64,000 bases of DNA from Heterodontus francisci (GCF_036365525.1 NC_090382.1:94411982-94475981), one strand, 5' to 3'. Shown: positions 25,596 to 39,205, numbered from the stretch's first letter. A program made the numbers and translations. The notes: a model not told the origin generated them from the letters alone.

Positions 25596-26393
25596 AGCTG
25601 AATTTTCTGGAGACAGCAGAAGTCCCACCACCAGGGATGAAACCGGGAGGCGACCCCGCAATGGCAGGCGATGGGACCCGGGACCCAGGATGCCATATTG
25701 CCGGAGGCGGCCAATTAAGAAGCTGCCACTGGTGTTGCCATCCAATTAAGGACAGCGACCCATCTCCAAGAGTTGTTGGTCCATTCAGGCGGCAAGTCGC
25801 TCAGCAGTGCCACTGTTAATGGTGGCCATTGCTGAGGCTGCAACTGCAGGGAAAAGGCACCTCAATGGCTGGGCGCCCTTGCAGACAGGTAAGTTGGATT
25901 GGGGGTAGCCGGCGCCTGGTTGCCAGGCCCCGGCGATTGAAGTGGGGGGGCGGGGGGTGGAGGTGTTTTCGTGAAGCACCGGCAGTGCTGTTGTTGCGAG
26001 GGCAGCCATTGCCGCTGGGGATGCCCCTCTGTGGGCCATGGAGTGCCCCTAAAGGAGGGCCCGACCCCCAGAGCCTGCTGGGAGGCTGTCAGGTTCACTG
26101 GGCAGTCTCCGCACGCTGCAGTGGGTCCTCGTGACACGGGCAAGATGCCCGTGGAGTTGGGAAGTGACCTTGAATTGGTCACTTAAGTGGCTCAATTGGC
26201 TTCCCGGCAAGTATCCGAGCTGCCAACCTTCCTGCCGCTGTCGAAATGGCATGGTGACAGGAAGACGTCAGGAACCCCTCCTGCACCACACCCCCCCGCC
26301 GCCCCCCCCCCCCACTCCCCGATGCCTTCCTGCACCATTTTGCCAGTCTTCCCACCTCCCAGCCCGTCCCAAAAGACCCAGAAAATTTTGGCT
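25596..26393. mobile_element. Harbinger-like MITE, copy 3
   Basis: TIRs AGCTGAATTTTCTGG / CCAGAAAATTTTGGCT and the internal TTGAATTGGTCACTTAAGTGGCTCAATTGG motif. Confidence 0.75.
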
Positions 26394-26649
26394 GATGTTT
26401 CTGCTGGTCTTGTGCTTTCAAATTGCTTGTTTTCCTCTGTCTTTATGCCTCCTTTTTTCTCTCTCTCTCTATTTCTAATTGTGATGTTTCCTTCCATTTG
26501 CCTTTTCATATTCTTTCTCCTTCCTTCTGCTTTTCCTCCCATCCTTCTCATCATCTTATGGTACAGCTTCCACCAACACTCTATATGTCCCACAGATTCT
26601 TTCTCACCATTCCCAGTCTGTGAATGTGTTTTTCTCTCTGTTACTTTGT

Positions 26650-27070
26650 AGCAGTGGCTTGGCTCAGTGGTAGTAAACTCAGCTCTGTGCCAGAGGTTGT
26701 GGGCACATTTTGGTATTTCTTGAGTACATAATCCAGGCTGACACTTCAGTCCAGTCAGAGGATGAGATGTTAAATTGTGAGCCCATCTGTCTGTTCAAGT
26801 GGACTGAAAAGATCCCATGGTACCTTTTGGAAGAACAATAGGGAATTCTCCTCATCTCCTTGCCAACATTCATCCTTCAACCAACATCACCAAAATAAGC
26901 ACAGATAAACTGGTCTTCGTCTGATAATTGTTCACAGGGCCTTGCCATGTGCAGACTGGTTTCTGTGTTTTCACACAAAACAGTAACTGCATTGCTAAAA
27001 CTAATTCACTGACTGTGAAGCACGTTTTAATGCCTTGAGGATGTGAAATGCACTTTATAAATTTATATCT
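26650..27070 (+). mobile_element. Deu-domain SINE (SacSINE1/AmnSINE1-like)
   Basis: tRNA-like head (TGGCTCAGTGG), Deu-domain-like core GGATGAGATGTTAAA..AGTGGACTGAAAAGATCCCATGG..GAAGAA..CCTTCAACCAACATCA, and an L2-like tail. Confidence 0.75.
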
Positions 27071-29459
27071 GTCTACATTCTTTCTCTCACTAACCATCCC
27101 TTCACTAACCACAGAAGTGGTGCTATCTCTTTCTGAGTACATAGGTAGGAGTGAGGGTGGGAGAAGGGGTAATTGGGGAATTAACATGGATACATAAACT
27201 CACATTCGGAAACATATAAAGCTCACATACACACCGATACATTCACTCTTGCATTCAAACTCTCGCATACGTTTCAGACCAAAGTTGCAGACATTTCTAT
27301 TATATAGGTTTTGGGAAAAGTAGTCATTTAAATGTAATTTAAAAGATAGAAATGCAGAAATTAAAAATATTTTTAAAAAACGATAGTTGTCTTTTCTGTT
27401 CCTGTGATCTCTATGCATAGGATGGCCAATGCATTTATTCTGATGAATTGAGGTCTGCTTTGTGCCGTGGTCCCATGCCTACTATCGACTAGATTGAGAC
27501 TGTTCATATTCATTTCACATAGTATTCTTCCAGTGAGCAGATAGAGGACACTATAATCCAGTCTGGATTAGATCTCACAGGACATGTTTAACCTATTGTA
27601 CCACCCAGTCTGCTGTCCCCTTTTAATTGTTCTCTTAAAAAATAACTTTGATTTTCTCTTCTTTCCTGAAGCAATGACTCATATAGAGTTATGATTCCTC
27701 ATATTTTTGTAATTCTTAGCCCTCATGATTGTTCTTCACATGAGCCTTGGCTGGCCACCTGAAGCAGAAACCTGGGTTGTTTTCATTTCGTAGCCCAGGG
27801 GCACCTGAATTCAGCGACAGAGCCATAAACCGGAGTTTTCCTGATCTGTAGCTCAGTCCCAATTGGAGAATATATGGGCCTGCATGGAAAGATCTCAATG
27901 AAAATAGATTAGCTCCCTTATATGTTAATACCCTTATACCTGAAACAATCATTGTTTCTCTAAATCCCGGCTCTTTTTGTGGATAACAGTGGGACCCTCT
28001 ATTTCCCATGTGGTCTGTTTGATGCTTAAAAGTGCTGGTTGTACACCCCTATATTGTGAGCCTTTGACGTTGGGATAACATTCATGCCTCTGAGGCAGAG
28101 GTACACTCCAGGCAGTCCTGGTGAGTGCAGACTGGAGCTCCAGCTCTGAATTCTGGGTTAACATCTAGCTGATACTCATGTCCAATGGTGTCGCTGCCTC
28201 CCTCCCTTCATCTGGGTTGTGGGGACCCATAAAAACCCTTCTGCCATATCGGACTAACCCCCTATCGGCTATTATAAAGGTGGTTACAGCCATGGAAGGA
28301 GTGTTCACATCACTGTCTGTAAGACAGTTAATGAAGCTGGAAATTCTTTCACTACTTCACTATTGGAGAAGGGAAGAGCGCAAAGACATGAAAAGGACAA
28401 CCATTATAATGTCTCCTTTGTTACAGCAGACACTACTGAAGCATTGAGTGCAAAGGGAAAGAAACGAAAACTGCAACTATCCACTGCAAAAACAATAACC
28501 TATTTATGTATTTCCAGTATTTTTTGTCATTCTTTCATGATATTTTTAATGTCTGATTTGCTGTTAAGTATCTAACTACATTCTCTTACTTATTATTTTA
28601 GCACTAATATGTGTTACCCTGTATTTCTCAGCATTCCACTCCCTAAATGCATCTGGCTTTCCACCGCAGTCTCCTCTTTCAGGACCCTCCTGAATACCAC
28701 TCTCTTTGGCTCCTTTTTTTTTTGATTATGCCTCTGTTTAGCATCTTGAGATCTTTTTATATATTAAAGACACAATATAAATTGTTAAATACATATTGCC
28801 ATTCTTTTGTTGTTTCTGTAAGTCGTCATAGTTGTCTATAAAATGTATCTTTCCCTTTTTAAAGCAGCCCATTTCCCACTAATCTTAGTAGCATTGTAAA
28901 AATTTATATTAAAGAAAGAACTTGTATTTATATAGCGCTTTTCATGACCCCAGAAAACTTGCATCGCTCCACAGCCAAAGAAGTATTATTTGATATGTTT
29001 GGTGTGAATTTGAGTTCCATAGCATTGCCTCTAGCTTCGCACTACTTTTGTGGTGTGCCTAGCACCACTGGTCACTTCCTGTGTGGCCCGTGCGCCGTTC
29101 TGTGAGGAGAAGGGTGCATACTGGGGCATCACCTGCGTGCGCCAGAAGACTTTGAAACGGCACTATCCTGACTTCACACAGCCCAACCAGCTGATGTGAT
29201 GACAGAATTCCAGATTTGGTCCTGACAATGTTTTTGTAGATTATTCTGCTGCAAGAGGGGGCCCTGCATTCACGCTATTTAAAGGGTCAGACACACAAAT
29301 TACAGGTAAGGTGATTTTTGGGAGCTTTTTCTATTACAGAGTGTCTGGGAGCACTCAGAGTATTTTTGGAGGTGTTGTGGTAAGTTCCTGCATTTGCAAA
29401 GAAATGTTGTGGCATCCTCTCATGACAGGCATAGGAGTCGGTGACCTGTCCACACACAT

Positions 29460-30816
29460 GCTACAATAGGTATGGGGGCAGCAGTATCAGTGCCTCTGAA
29501 TCTGCAGCAATACAGAGGAGATGGAGCAGAGGTTGTGGCGAGGGCAAGCTCCGCACCGTGCCTTCTGCCAACTTGGAGCTGGACTCCTCCACGCTCCTTG
29601 ACAATGACAGGAGACTATCTAGCAGGCCAGCCAATGCATCCAGCATCTCAGTGTACATGCCCAACAGCACTTTCCTGTATGCCACCTCAGATGACCCCTC
29701 TGCAACGGGACCTCACCCGCCAGCAAGTTGGCAAATGAACCATCCTTTCCCCTGGCCGGGCTGCAGCTCACTGGTTCCTAGATAACTCGTCACATGCTGA
29801 TCCCAACTCGAGACTTGCCTGCAAGGTATTTGCGGTGCCATTATCTGAGCTGGTGGCTGCAAATTTCAGATCAAGTGACGGGGCCTGTTCATTGGTGCTC
29901 TGCTGTTGCTCTCTCTCTTCCTCCTTGGCTGGCTGTGGCTGTTTAGGCAGCAATTCTTGGATGTCTGAAAGCAGGAGCTAAGAAGTCTGGTGCGAGAGAA
30001 GGGGAGTGGAGTGGGAAGCAAAAGGTCCATGGTCACAACATCACCAGCTTGCTCATCGTGTCAGATAGCAGGATGAGTGTGAGCTGCGAGTTGCAAAGGG
30101 GTGTAAGGCAGGAACATACCAACATCTTTAATGTTCTCAATGCTGCCAGATGCCATGGGCCCCGTCGCAGTTGGCCCCAAGATGTGGACAGCCATGTCCT
30201 CAGTAGGATTCAGGAGATGCAGGCATCCTTGTCCCCTGCTGGTTCTGCTCTGCTCCTTCCGATTGTGTGCCACCTTGTCCAGTAAGAGGGAAGGCAGAAT
30301 GTGTAGTGATGTGTTTGGGTGACATGCCTGCCATAGTTCAATAGCTGGAAGTATGTGGCGGTCGTGAGTGATGGGTGTGAGGCTGGCAGCATTAGTAAGT
30401 GCGTGTGGGTGAGGTGGAGTAACTGGCTGCTATGCTTGAGTCCTGAGTGCCAGGGATTAGGTGAGTGATGGGGGTGTGGTGCATTGAGCAGCACGAGAGG
30501 CTGGTGTTGTGGTGGGTAAGAGATGTCATGTGAAGATGAAGTCACTGACATTGACCACCCATGTGAGGTCATTAGCCTTCTTGTGACACTGCTGCCAGGT
30601 CCGTGGATCCAGACTCTTGGAACTGACCTCCCTGGCCACCTGCTTCCACTCCCTAGTGAGGGTGGTCCTTGTGGGCCTTCTGCACCTCTACCCACCCCCC
30701 CAGCCTCAAAACAGAAACATAGTGGCTCTCCTCCTGCCCACCTCCATCACTAATGCTACCAGCACCGCATCTGTCACACTGGAACCCTCTCTCTTCCCTG
30801 GTGTTCACTTTGCCAT
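29460..30816 (-). pseudogene. Intron-containing Harbinger Myb/SANT-like DNA-binding gene remnant
   Basis: Manual translation gives DAVLVALVMEVGRRR...REWKQVAREVSSKSLDPRTWQQCHKKANDL with in-frame stops. A second exon reads KVAHNRKEQSRTSRGQG, and a third segment EMLDALAGLLDSLLSLSRSVEESSS. Confidence 0.75.
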
Positions 30817-30914
30817 CATTTAAGTGCAACTTCCCTTTAAGAGAGACAGCCTGCCTTTAACAAGCACAGGCTGGCAGCAGCACATGGTTTGGAACATCAT
30901 TGCTGGGCTCCCCT

Positions 30915-32148
30915 GCTGAGGAATCTCTTTACACAAGTCATCTCTTCCTTCCAGCAACAGTTTAAAATTAATGTTCATATGACAAAATTAATATGCCTCA
31001 TTCTTGGCAGTTGGGGTCTTCATGCCACCTCCACACCCAGCGGAATGAATGCGATTTTTTAGAAGAGCATTTCATTAAAAGAGACTAGAGAGAAGAGTAG
31101 GTACAGGAAAACACACATGCATCTCTCTCATTCATTCAGAAATCCTAAAAATTGTTACAACCTGTCTTGTCTTGGTAGTAGTGCTGCTTTAAACTGCCCT
31201 TTTCGGCATGCCCATAAACATGTGGTATTTGGGTAAGTTTTTCAGTTTGCACATCTCCATGACTGCCTAGGGTGTCTTTGTTCCTGTTGAGGTCTGCAGG
31301 GGGAGGGTTAGATTTAATTGCCCAAGGTTGGAGTTCTGCTTATGGGCGTTGGCAGTTCCACTCTGAACTCAGTGCTTTGATGTATCATGCAAGGGCTTTG
31401 CACCTTAGGGATGGTTGGTTCGCTTTTCTCCTGACTGTGGGGGCTAATTCCTTGCAAATCTTCCCTTTGTCCTCTGGGACACTCCTGCTTGCAGGTATTT
31501 GCCCAGATTCTACTGCACTCCCCTTCAGCTTTTCGACTAGTCGAGGCATCACCCTCACAGTTTCTCTGCCCTCGAGGACTTTCTTTGTCTCTGCACGTTC
31601 CTGTAAATGCTGTTAGCAACTTTGGTGGGGTGCTTCTGGTGTCCGCATTTACAAAGGAGGACGTGGGGTCTACATTTCCAAACATTTCGGAGTTGGCTGA
31701 CCGGACAGTAGGGGTTTCATCCAGGATTCCTCCCAGACTTCCTGTAACCTGTCCCTTTTTCCCCTTTTCTATCTAACCATTTGCCAGTCTTGTGCCCTTT
31801 TGTTCTCGGCAGGGGTCCCTTACAGTTCACCAGCCCTCTGCTGGAGGATCCCCCAAGCACCGATACAGGACTTAAGGGTGCAGATTTCACTGTAGGTTGG
31901 GGTTTCCCCTCAACCTGGCACACATGGCAACTCCTAACATACTCCACCACATCTTTGTGGAGTTTTGGCCAGTCACACTGCAGTCTTATGCGGGCTTTGG
32001 TTGTTCGTATGCCGATATGTACAGCCACTGTAATCTCGTGGGCCATTCTTAATATTTCTCTCCAGTACCTCGGTGGCACCACTAACTGGGGAACCACTGT
32101 CCACTCCTTGCTCTCAGGTCTGTGAGGAGAACTTCAGTTCCTTATCAG
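30915..32148 (-). mobile_element. Gmr1-like Gypsy LTR element fragment: integrase HHCC region, short 3' internal region and start of the 3' LTR
   Basis: QLVVP..EILRMAHE...HIGIRTTKARI...WPKLHKDVVEYVRSCHVCQ..GKP. Sequence from 31027 down to about 30915 matches the first ~110 bp of the LTR at 54510. Confidence 0.85.
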
Positions 32149-32149
32149 T

Positions 32150-34870
32150 CTTCTTCTTCTTTGGCCTCCTCGTCTCGAGATACAAAGGGTAAGTGCCTGG
32201 AGGTGGTCAGTGGTTTGTGGAGCAACGCCTGGAGCGGCTATAAAGGCCAATATTAGAGTGACAGACTCTTCCACAGGTGCTGCAGAAAAATTTGTTTGTC
32301 GGGGCTGTTACACAGTTGGCTCTCCCCTTGCGCTTCTGTCTTTTTTCCTGCCAACTGTGAAGTCTCTTCGACTTGCCACACTTTAGCCCTGCCTTTATGG
32401 CTGCCCGCCAGCTCTGGCGATCACTGGCAACTGATTCCCACGATTGTGATCAATGTCACAGGACTTCATGTCACGTTTGCAGACGTCTTTAAAGCGGAGA
32501 CATGGACGGCCGGTGGGTCTGATACCAGTGGCGAGCTCGCTGGACAATGTGTCCTTGGGGATCCTGCCATCTTCCATGCGGCTCACATGGCCAAGCCATC
32601 TCAAGCGCCGCTGACTCAATAGGGTGTATAAGCTGGGGATGTTGGCCGCCTCGAGGACTTCTGTGTTGGAGATACGGTCCTGCCACCTGATGCCAAGGAT
32701 TCTCCAGAGGCAGCGAAGATGGAATGAATTGAGACGTCGCTCTTGGCTGACATACGTTGTCCAGGCCTCGCTGCCGTAGAGCAAGGTACTGAGGATACAG
32801 GCTTGATACACTCGGACGTTTGTGTTCTGTGTCAGTGCGCCATTTTCCCACACTCTCTTGGCCAGTCTGGACATAGTAGTGGAAGCCTTTCCCATGTGCT
32901 TGTTGATTTCTGCATCAAGAGACTGGTGATAGTTGAGCCTAGGTAGGTGAACTCTTGAACCACTTCCAGAGCGTGGTCACTGATATTGATGGATGGAGCA
33001 TTTCTGACGTCCTGTCCCATGATGTTCGTTTTCTTGAGACTGATGGTTAGGCCAAATTCATTGCAGGCAGCCGCAAACCTGTCGATGAGACTCTGCAGAC
33101 ACTCTTCAGTGTGAGATGTTAATGCAGCATCGTCAGCAAAGAGGAGTTCCCTGATGAGGACTTTCCGTACTTTGGTCTTCGCTCTTAGACGGGCAAGATT
33201 GAACAACCTGCCACCTGATATTGTGGGGAGAAAAATTCCTTCTTCTGAAGACTTGAACGCATGTGAGAGCAGCAGGGAGAAGAAAATCCCAAACAGTGTG
33301 GGTGCGAGAACACAGCCCTGTTTCCCACCACACAGGATAGGAAAGGGGTCTGATGAGGTGCCGCTATGCTGAATTGTGCCTTTCATATTGTCATGGAATG
33401 AGGTGATGATACTTAGTAGCTTTGGTGGGACATCCGATCTTTTCTAGTAGTCTGCAGAGACCACGTCTGCTGACGAGGTCAAAGGCTTTGGTGAGATCAA
33501 CGAAAGCAATGTAGAGGGGCATCTGTTGTTCGCGGCATTTCTCCTGTATCTGATGAAGGGAGAACAGCATGTCAATGGTTGATCTCTCTTCACGAAAGCC
33601 ACACTGTGCCTCAGGATAGACGCGCTCGGCCAGCTTCTGGAGCCTGTTTAAAGCGACTCGAGCAAAGACTTTCCCCACTATGCTGAGCAGGGAGATTCCA
33701 CGGTAGTTGTCGCAGTCACCGCGGTCACCTTTGTTTTTATAGAGGGTGATGATATTGGCATCGCGCATGTCCTGTGGTACTGCTCCCTCGTCCCAGCACA
33801 GGCAAAGCAGTTCATGGAGTGCTGAGAGTATAGCACTGTTGATTATTTCAGGGGAAATGCTGTCCTTCCCAGGGGCTTTTCCGCTGGCTAGAGAATCAAT
33901 GGCATCACTTAGTTCCGATTTTGTTGCCTGTACGTCCAGCTCATCCATGACTGGCAGAGACTGGGTTGCATTGAGGGCGGTCTCAGTGACAACATTTTCC
34001 CTGGAGTATAGTTCTAGGTAGTGCTCCACCCAGCGGTCCATTTGCTTGCGTTGGTCAGTGATTGTGTCCCCTGATTTAGATTTGAGGGGGGCAATCTTCT
34101 TGATTGGCCCAAAAGTTCTCTTAACGCCATCATACATTCCTCTGATGTTTCCGGTGTCTGAGGCCAGCTGAATATGACTGCATAGGCGTTGCCAGTAGTC
34201 ATTAGCGCAGCGCCTGGCTGTTCGTTGTGCAGTGCTTCTGGCTGCTTTAAGTGCTGCGGATGTTAACTCGCTGGGGGCTTTCTTGTAGTTCAACAGTGCA
34301 ATGCGCTTAGCGGCTGTGACAGGTTCCAGCTCTTCAAAATGAGATTGAAACCAGTCTGCATTCCTCTTCACACGTTTGCCATAGGTGGTCAAAGCTGACT
34401 CATAGATTGCCCACCTCGTCTCAGCATCCCCTGTGGGAGTGTTCCGAAGGGTTTTTACAAGTGAATTTAGAAATTTTTGTAACAGCTGTGGATGAGAAAT
34501 TCTGTTCGTGTTGATGCGTGGGCGGCCCTTCTGCTTGGAGTGATGCAGCTTCTTTGGTTTGAGTCTAACCTTGCTCCACACCAGGGAGTGGTCGGTGTCG
34601 CAGTTCGCACTGTGGAAGCTGCGTGTGATTTGAACACTGTTTAAGGAGGCTCGCCTTGTGACGATGAGGCGTAGCTGGTGCCAACGACACGATCTTGGGT
34701 GCCTCCATGAAACCTGGTGACAGGGTTTAGTGTGAAAGAACGAGTTGGTGATGCAGAGGTTATGATAGGTACACAACTCAAGCAGTCTCTGTCCATTCTC
34801 ATTCATCCTTCCAACGCCATAGCGCCCAAGGCATAAGGGCCATGAGTCATGGTCAGCCCGAACCCTAGCA
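32150..34870 (-). mobile_element. RTE-clade (BovB-like) LINE, 5'-truncated, frameshifted
   Basis: NENGQRLLE, DTDHSLV, NYRGISLLSIVGK, FVDLTKAFD, KQGCVLAP, LFADD, LLYGSEAWT and RLRWLGHV motifs, plus a (GAA)n tail at 32150-32161. Confidence 0.95.
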
Positions 34871-36654
34871 TTTGTTCCCTAATGTCTCCTGTATCAAGAT
34901 ACTAGTAACTAGTGCTGCATCAGAGTGGTGGGACATGGAATGAGGTTTGTGGAGGCACATGAACAGTGCTTGATCTCAGATAGTTCCCACACCATCGGGC
35001 GAGGTGACAACTTGATGCCAGAAGTGTCTTTATAAAGGAATGACAATTGATAGATTTAAGTTGCAGGTATTTTTTGTATTAGTGACTAATTATGGAACAA
35101 CATTACTGCAAAATCAGATTGGCAGTGACCTAAATGGTGCAATGATCAACTTTCTAAGACTCTGTGCTTATTTCCAGTCTTAGTGTAACACCCTCCATTC
35201 CCATAGACACAAGATGAAGTGACAACTTGCTTCTATACCTTTCCAAATGCTGCTGCAGAATGAGCCACTAGTTGTACAAGGGCAGTCCATCATTTTATTT
35301 CTTCCTTTTCAGAGGGCAAAGTCTTACTTCCTCTCCATTATGTTGTCTAGGATTCGAAAATCATTAGATTAAATCCAAACCTTGCCACTTTGTCTCACAG
35401 TGTGTCATAGAATCATGTTTCCAATCCCACTGTTAAGAAAGTAACTTTTAAAAATTGAGGAAGGTGTTACACTCGATTTCTCTATTTCATACCAAGCAGA
35501 CAAAAACAACCAGACAATTGCAAATATTTCATTACATTCTGGCTGGTGATGGGTTAATTCACTGATAGAAGATTTCTCAATTATCTGTAAGACTGGTGAA
35601 ACAAGGAACCCTGTGGGTAATATTGGGGAAAAAATCAAACTCTTTAAAACATAGACAATAAAATATGACAGTACAGATTAAGTTTACGCAACAATCATTA
35701 GATTTTGTTTTGTTTGCAACAAAATAATTAAAGCTTTTTTTAAGCAGTTGTAAATTTGGATTTAATGTTTAGAGCTTAAAATGAGTTGTACAAAGAGAGG
35801 AGCATAGAAGAGCAGGGAGATTTACAAAAGTTTGATCAAACAGCAGAAAGCATGGAGTTTGGAGTCAGTCAATGGCCTTGTATTATAATGAGATGCTGAC
35901 GATAACAGAGAGTAGATAAATTAAGAAAATGAGTGGCTGTTCAAACATTGATACACTAGGGGACAGAAATGAAACCGTGCTTTCCATGTTCTTTTCGCTC
36001 TTACTGAATTCATCAACCGTCACTGCTACTGCAACTCACTGCCACAGGTAAATGTACTCCAAGTGTCCAATTAATGTGTTGATTCCCAAATGAGGTGCCT
36101 GTCTACATCTTAAAATCTTTTTCATGTTGAGTAAATATATGCCATCAATGGAATTAGATGTGCCAGACTAAGTGCAAATGTCAGAACTAGCAAAGATGCC
36201 AAGCCCTCTCTCACGTTCTCTACTACCATGCGGGATCCATTCTGTCTTGAATCTAAACCAGACTCATAGGCACAGTGACAAGTTCAGGCTGTGGAAGCAT
36301 GATATGATTCATAAAATACAGTTGCAGGAAAGGCCCAAGAGAGAAGTAGTAAATGGCTTCATCACCAGCATTCCAAGGCAGTGGCAATAGGATTGCATTG
36401 CTGTTGATCTTACTCTAATGGGTTTTCTGTCAAATTGCACTTTCACCCGCCTCAACGAGTACCTGTATTGCCATGGGAACATAGAGCTCTCAATTCATCA
36501 CTGGGAAGTAGTGAAGTAATTCCAAATAGACAATGTTTTCTTTTCAAATCATGGAAAAGTCTTATATTCCACAGCAAGAGCTCCAAAGCCCTTACCAAAG
36601 GTATTCTTTAACTGGCAACTAAGAGGTGTATAAGAGTGGCATGTGACTGTCGAA

Positions 36655-37005
36655 TCATAGAATGATATGGCACAGAAGGCGGCCACTCGGCCCATTGTAC
36701 CTGTGTCAGCTCCTTAAAAGAGCTTTCCAATTAGTCCCACTCAACTGCTGTTTTCCCATAGCTCTGCAAACTTTTCCCCTTCAAGTATTTATCCAATTAC
36801 CTTTTGAGAGCTCCTACTGCTTTCATCACTCTTTCTTCAGATCATGTCTTCCAGATCATAACACACTGCCCAAAAATAAATTCCCATCTCGCCTCTTTTT
36901 TTGGTCAATTACCTTCCATGTGTGTCCTCTGGTTACTCACCCTTCTGCCACTGGAAACAATTTCTCCTTACTTACTGTTTCAAAATCCTTCATGATTTCG
37001 ATCAC
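36655..37005 (-). mobile_element. CR1 3' end fragment
   Basis: Similar to the CR1 3' ends at 63035-64000 (AATCATAGAAT tail, CCCTCTGGTT/TRGH-region remnant). Confidence 0.7.
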
Positions 37006-38409
37006 CTCTACACCACCTACGTACGATTCTTTTGTTTGGGATGTCTGTCTGCATCAATAATCTGTCTGTAACTGGCTATGATGAAATAAAAGCTGAGGTG
37101 ACTCCACCATTTAAATACTTCATCCTTTTCAGATTATAAGGGCAGTACATCCTGAGTGAGATCACCAATGCAATAAATGGGGGAATTGGAGACCAGAACT
37201 TATTTTACATTTTTCCTGGATTAAATCCTTCACTACAGCCATGTGCTATGCCATAAAACCAGCATATTGATATTTTCAAAGAGGTTGGATGAGAATAACA
37301 CCCTAATGTTTGCACTGCCCTGTGATACAGGATCTGCAGAGGACTACACCAATATGCAGCACTACTGAAGGAAGGTGACCATATTCTTACCTATTTAAAG
37401 TAATGTGGAAAAGTGCCTGGTTTAAAATAAACTTTAATTTCCCCTGACAATATGCTCAGTGTTTATCATCTAACTGAAACTCTGCAATAATTGTCACGGT
37501 TTCCCGAAACCTAGTAGTTTCCTCAAAAGCACACATACCTTACAAGATGCATTTTAGAACTAAACAGTAGCCTTATAAATGTCACTTACTTTTAAAGCTT
37601 GAATACTCCTACATTAATAACAGAACACAATATAATCAACTCCTGATAAAAGAATGCCTCATCTGAGCACCTAATTCCAATTAACTAAACTCTTTCCTAC
37701 TCACTTCCATTGTACAGAATCCCAATGGACTAAATCCATTCCCATCCAATCTTATTATATGGCTCTCTGGTCTGACGAGAACACAAAGATAAAACCTGTG
37801 ACTGAAGCACAGAATGTTTCCTGATTATCTAGTTTTTTTTAATACTCAGCCCATTAAATACAATCAGCCTACTGCCAAATTGCAGCTAAAATATCAGCAC
37901 AATCAGAAATCTAATCACTGTAATGCAAAATATATGTTTTAGTTGAGTGTTTCTTGTTCTTGTTTCAACTAAATTGCTGAATGGATGATTAGATTGTTTG
38001 TTGAAGAAAGATTTGCCAGCTGGCAATTTTTACATTGATAATAAGCTTGATCTAAACAGAAAAGTTCTTAAAAAGTTTATCAAAAACGGACCATATCAGT
38101 TGCCATTTTACGTTATATTCTCCAGACAGAATAGGCTTGGTTTACCCTCTTCCTCTTCAGATCCTTCTGACTGGCATCTCATTCTTCACCTTCAAGGGGA
38201 GTCAAGCAGCTGCCTCCCTTGCCTCTGCTTATATCATTCAGGATTCAGCCAACTGGAGGCAAACATGAGCAGCTTATAGTTTATGATCAGTTTTCCATTT
38301 TTCCGGCCTTAGAGTTGGAGTCACTTTGAGGGGAAATATTGATTTATGCATCTAGACCTAAAGCTAAGCTACACAATATCTGTTTTCTTTTGATTAATGC
38401 TGTAAGGGG

Positions 38410-39205
38410 GAGAGGAGGCATAGTCAGTTAACACACAGTCCTTTTACTTCTGGTATCTGGGATTGAATCCAGCCTGGACTGATGAGATGGAAATCTCCCA
38501 TTCTCTCAGATTACAGAGGTCCTGCATGAAATGCCTTTGGTCTACTAACATGGGTTGGATTTGATGGGACCCCCCCGAGGCAGGGGAGCCCATAGAACAA
38601 CAATGGGTGGCGAGGAGGGGTGGACGGCCCATCGCCGTCCCGTCGCCAAGCAATTTTTCCCAGCGGCTGTATAGGCCTGGCACTGGGAGCCAATCAGCAA
38701 AATGCCATGCAGCCTCTTTAATGAGGTTCAGGAGGCATTTTAAGTGGCAACCCCCAGGCGGCCATTCCTAGGGCTGACTTCAACCCCTTTATCAAGATTG
38801 TATCTTGTGCTAAACAAAGGCTAAACCGCGTTTCAGCTCAAAATGCAACCTTGGAGGATCTTTAGCGCCTGAATGCATTGTCGACAAATGCTCCCCCCCC
38901 ACAAAAATGTTCTGATATTTACTCAGAAACTGAACTGTTCTATCAAAGTGAAATCAGCCCAATATTAACTTTCCAGGGAGGGGAGGGCTTGTTCACAAAA
39001 TTTAAGGCCCTGGAACACGAACTGTGTGGCACAGTTTTACCTTGTGGATGTGGATTCAAAATGAGCTGGGACTGATGAAATGCAAGTCTGCTCTCTCTGT
39101 TAACTATAAGGGTCATAATGTGCTTAAGTCACTCTCAATCTAGGTCCCAATGGGCTGGAACCCAGAGTACAAAACTGTCCATTATTCAGTGCTGATTGGC
39201 ATTAA
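38410..39205 (+). mobile_element. Ancient tRNA-derived SINE resembling LF-SINE, apparently split by a degraded MITE (about 38550-39040)
   Basis: CCTTTTACTTCTGG..GAATCCAGCC..TGAAATG and TCTCAATCTAGGTCCCAATGG..ACAAAAC..GCTGATTGGCA resemble consecutive parts of the LF-SINE consensus as I recall it. Confidence 0.4.

Noticed and set aside
26187-26651. 154-aa hydrophobic 'membrane protein' ORF
   Set aside because: It is a translation of a MITE end plus CT-rich low-complexity sequence.
27716-28447. Cluster of 70-97 aa ORFs that looked like a large exon
   Set aside because: Manual translation shows stops in every minus-strand frame across the span, and there is no motif.
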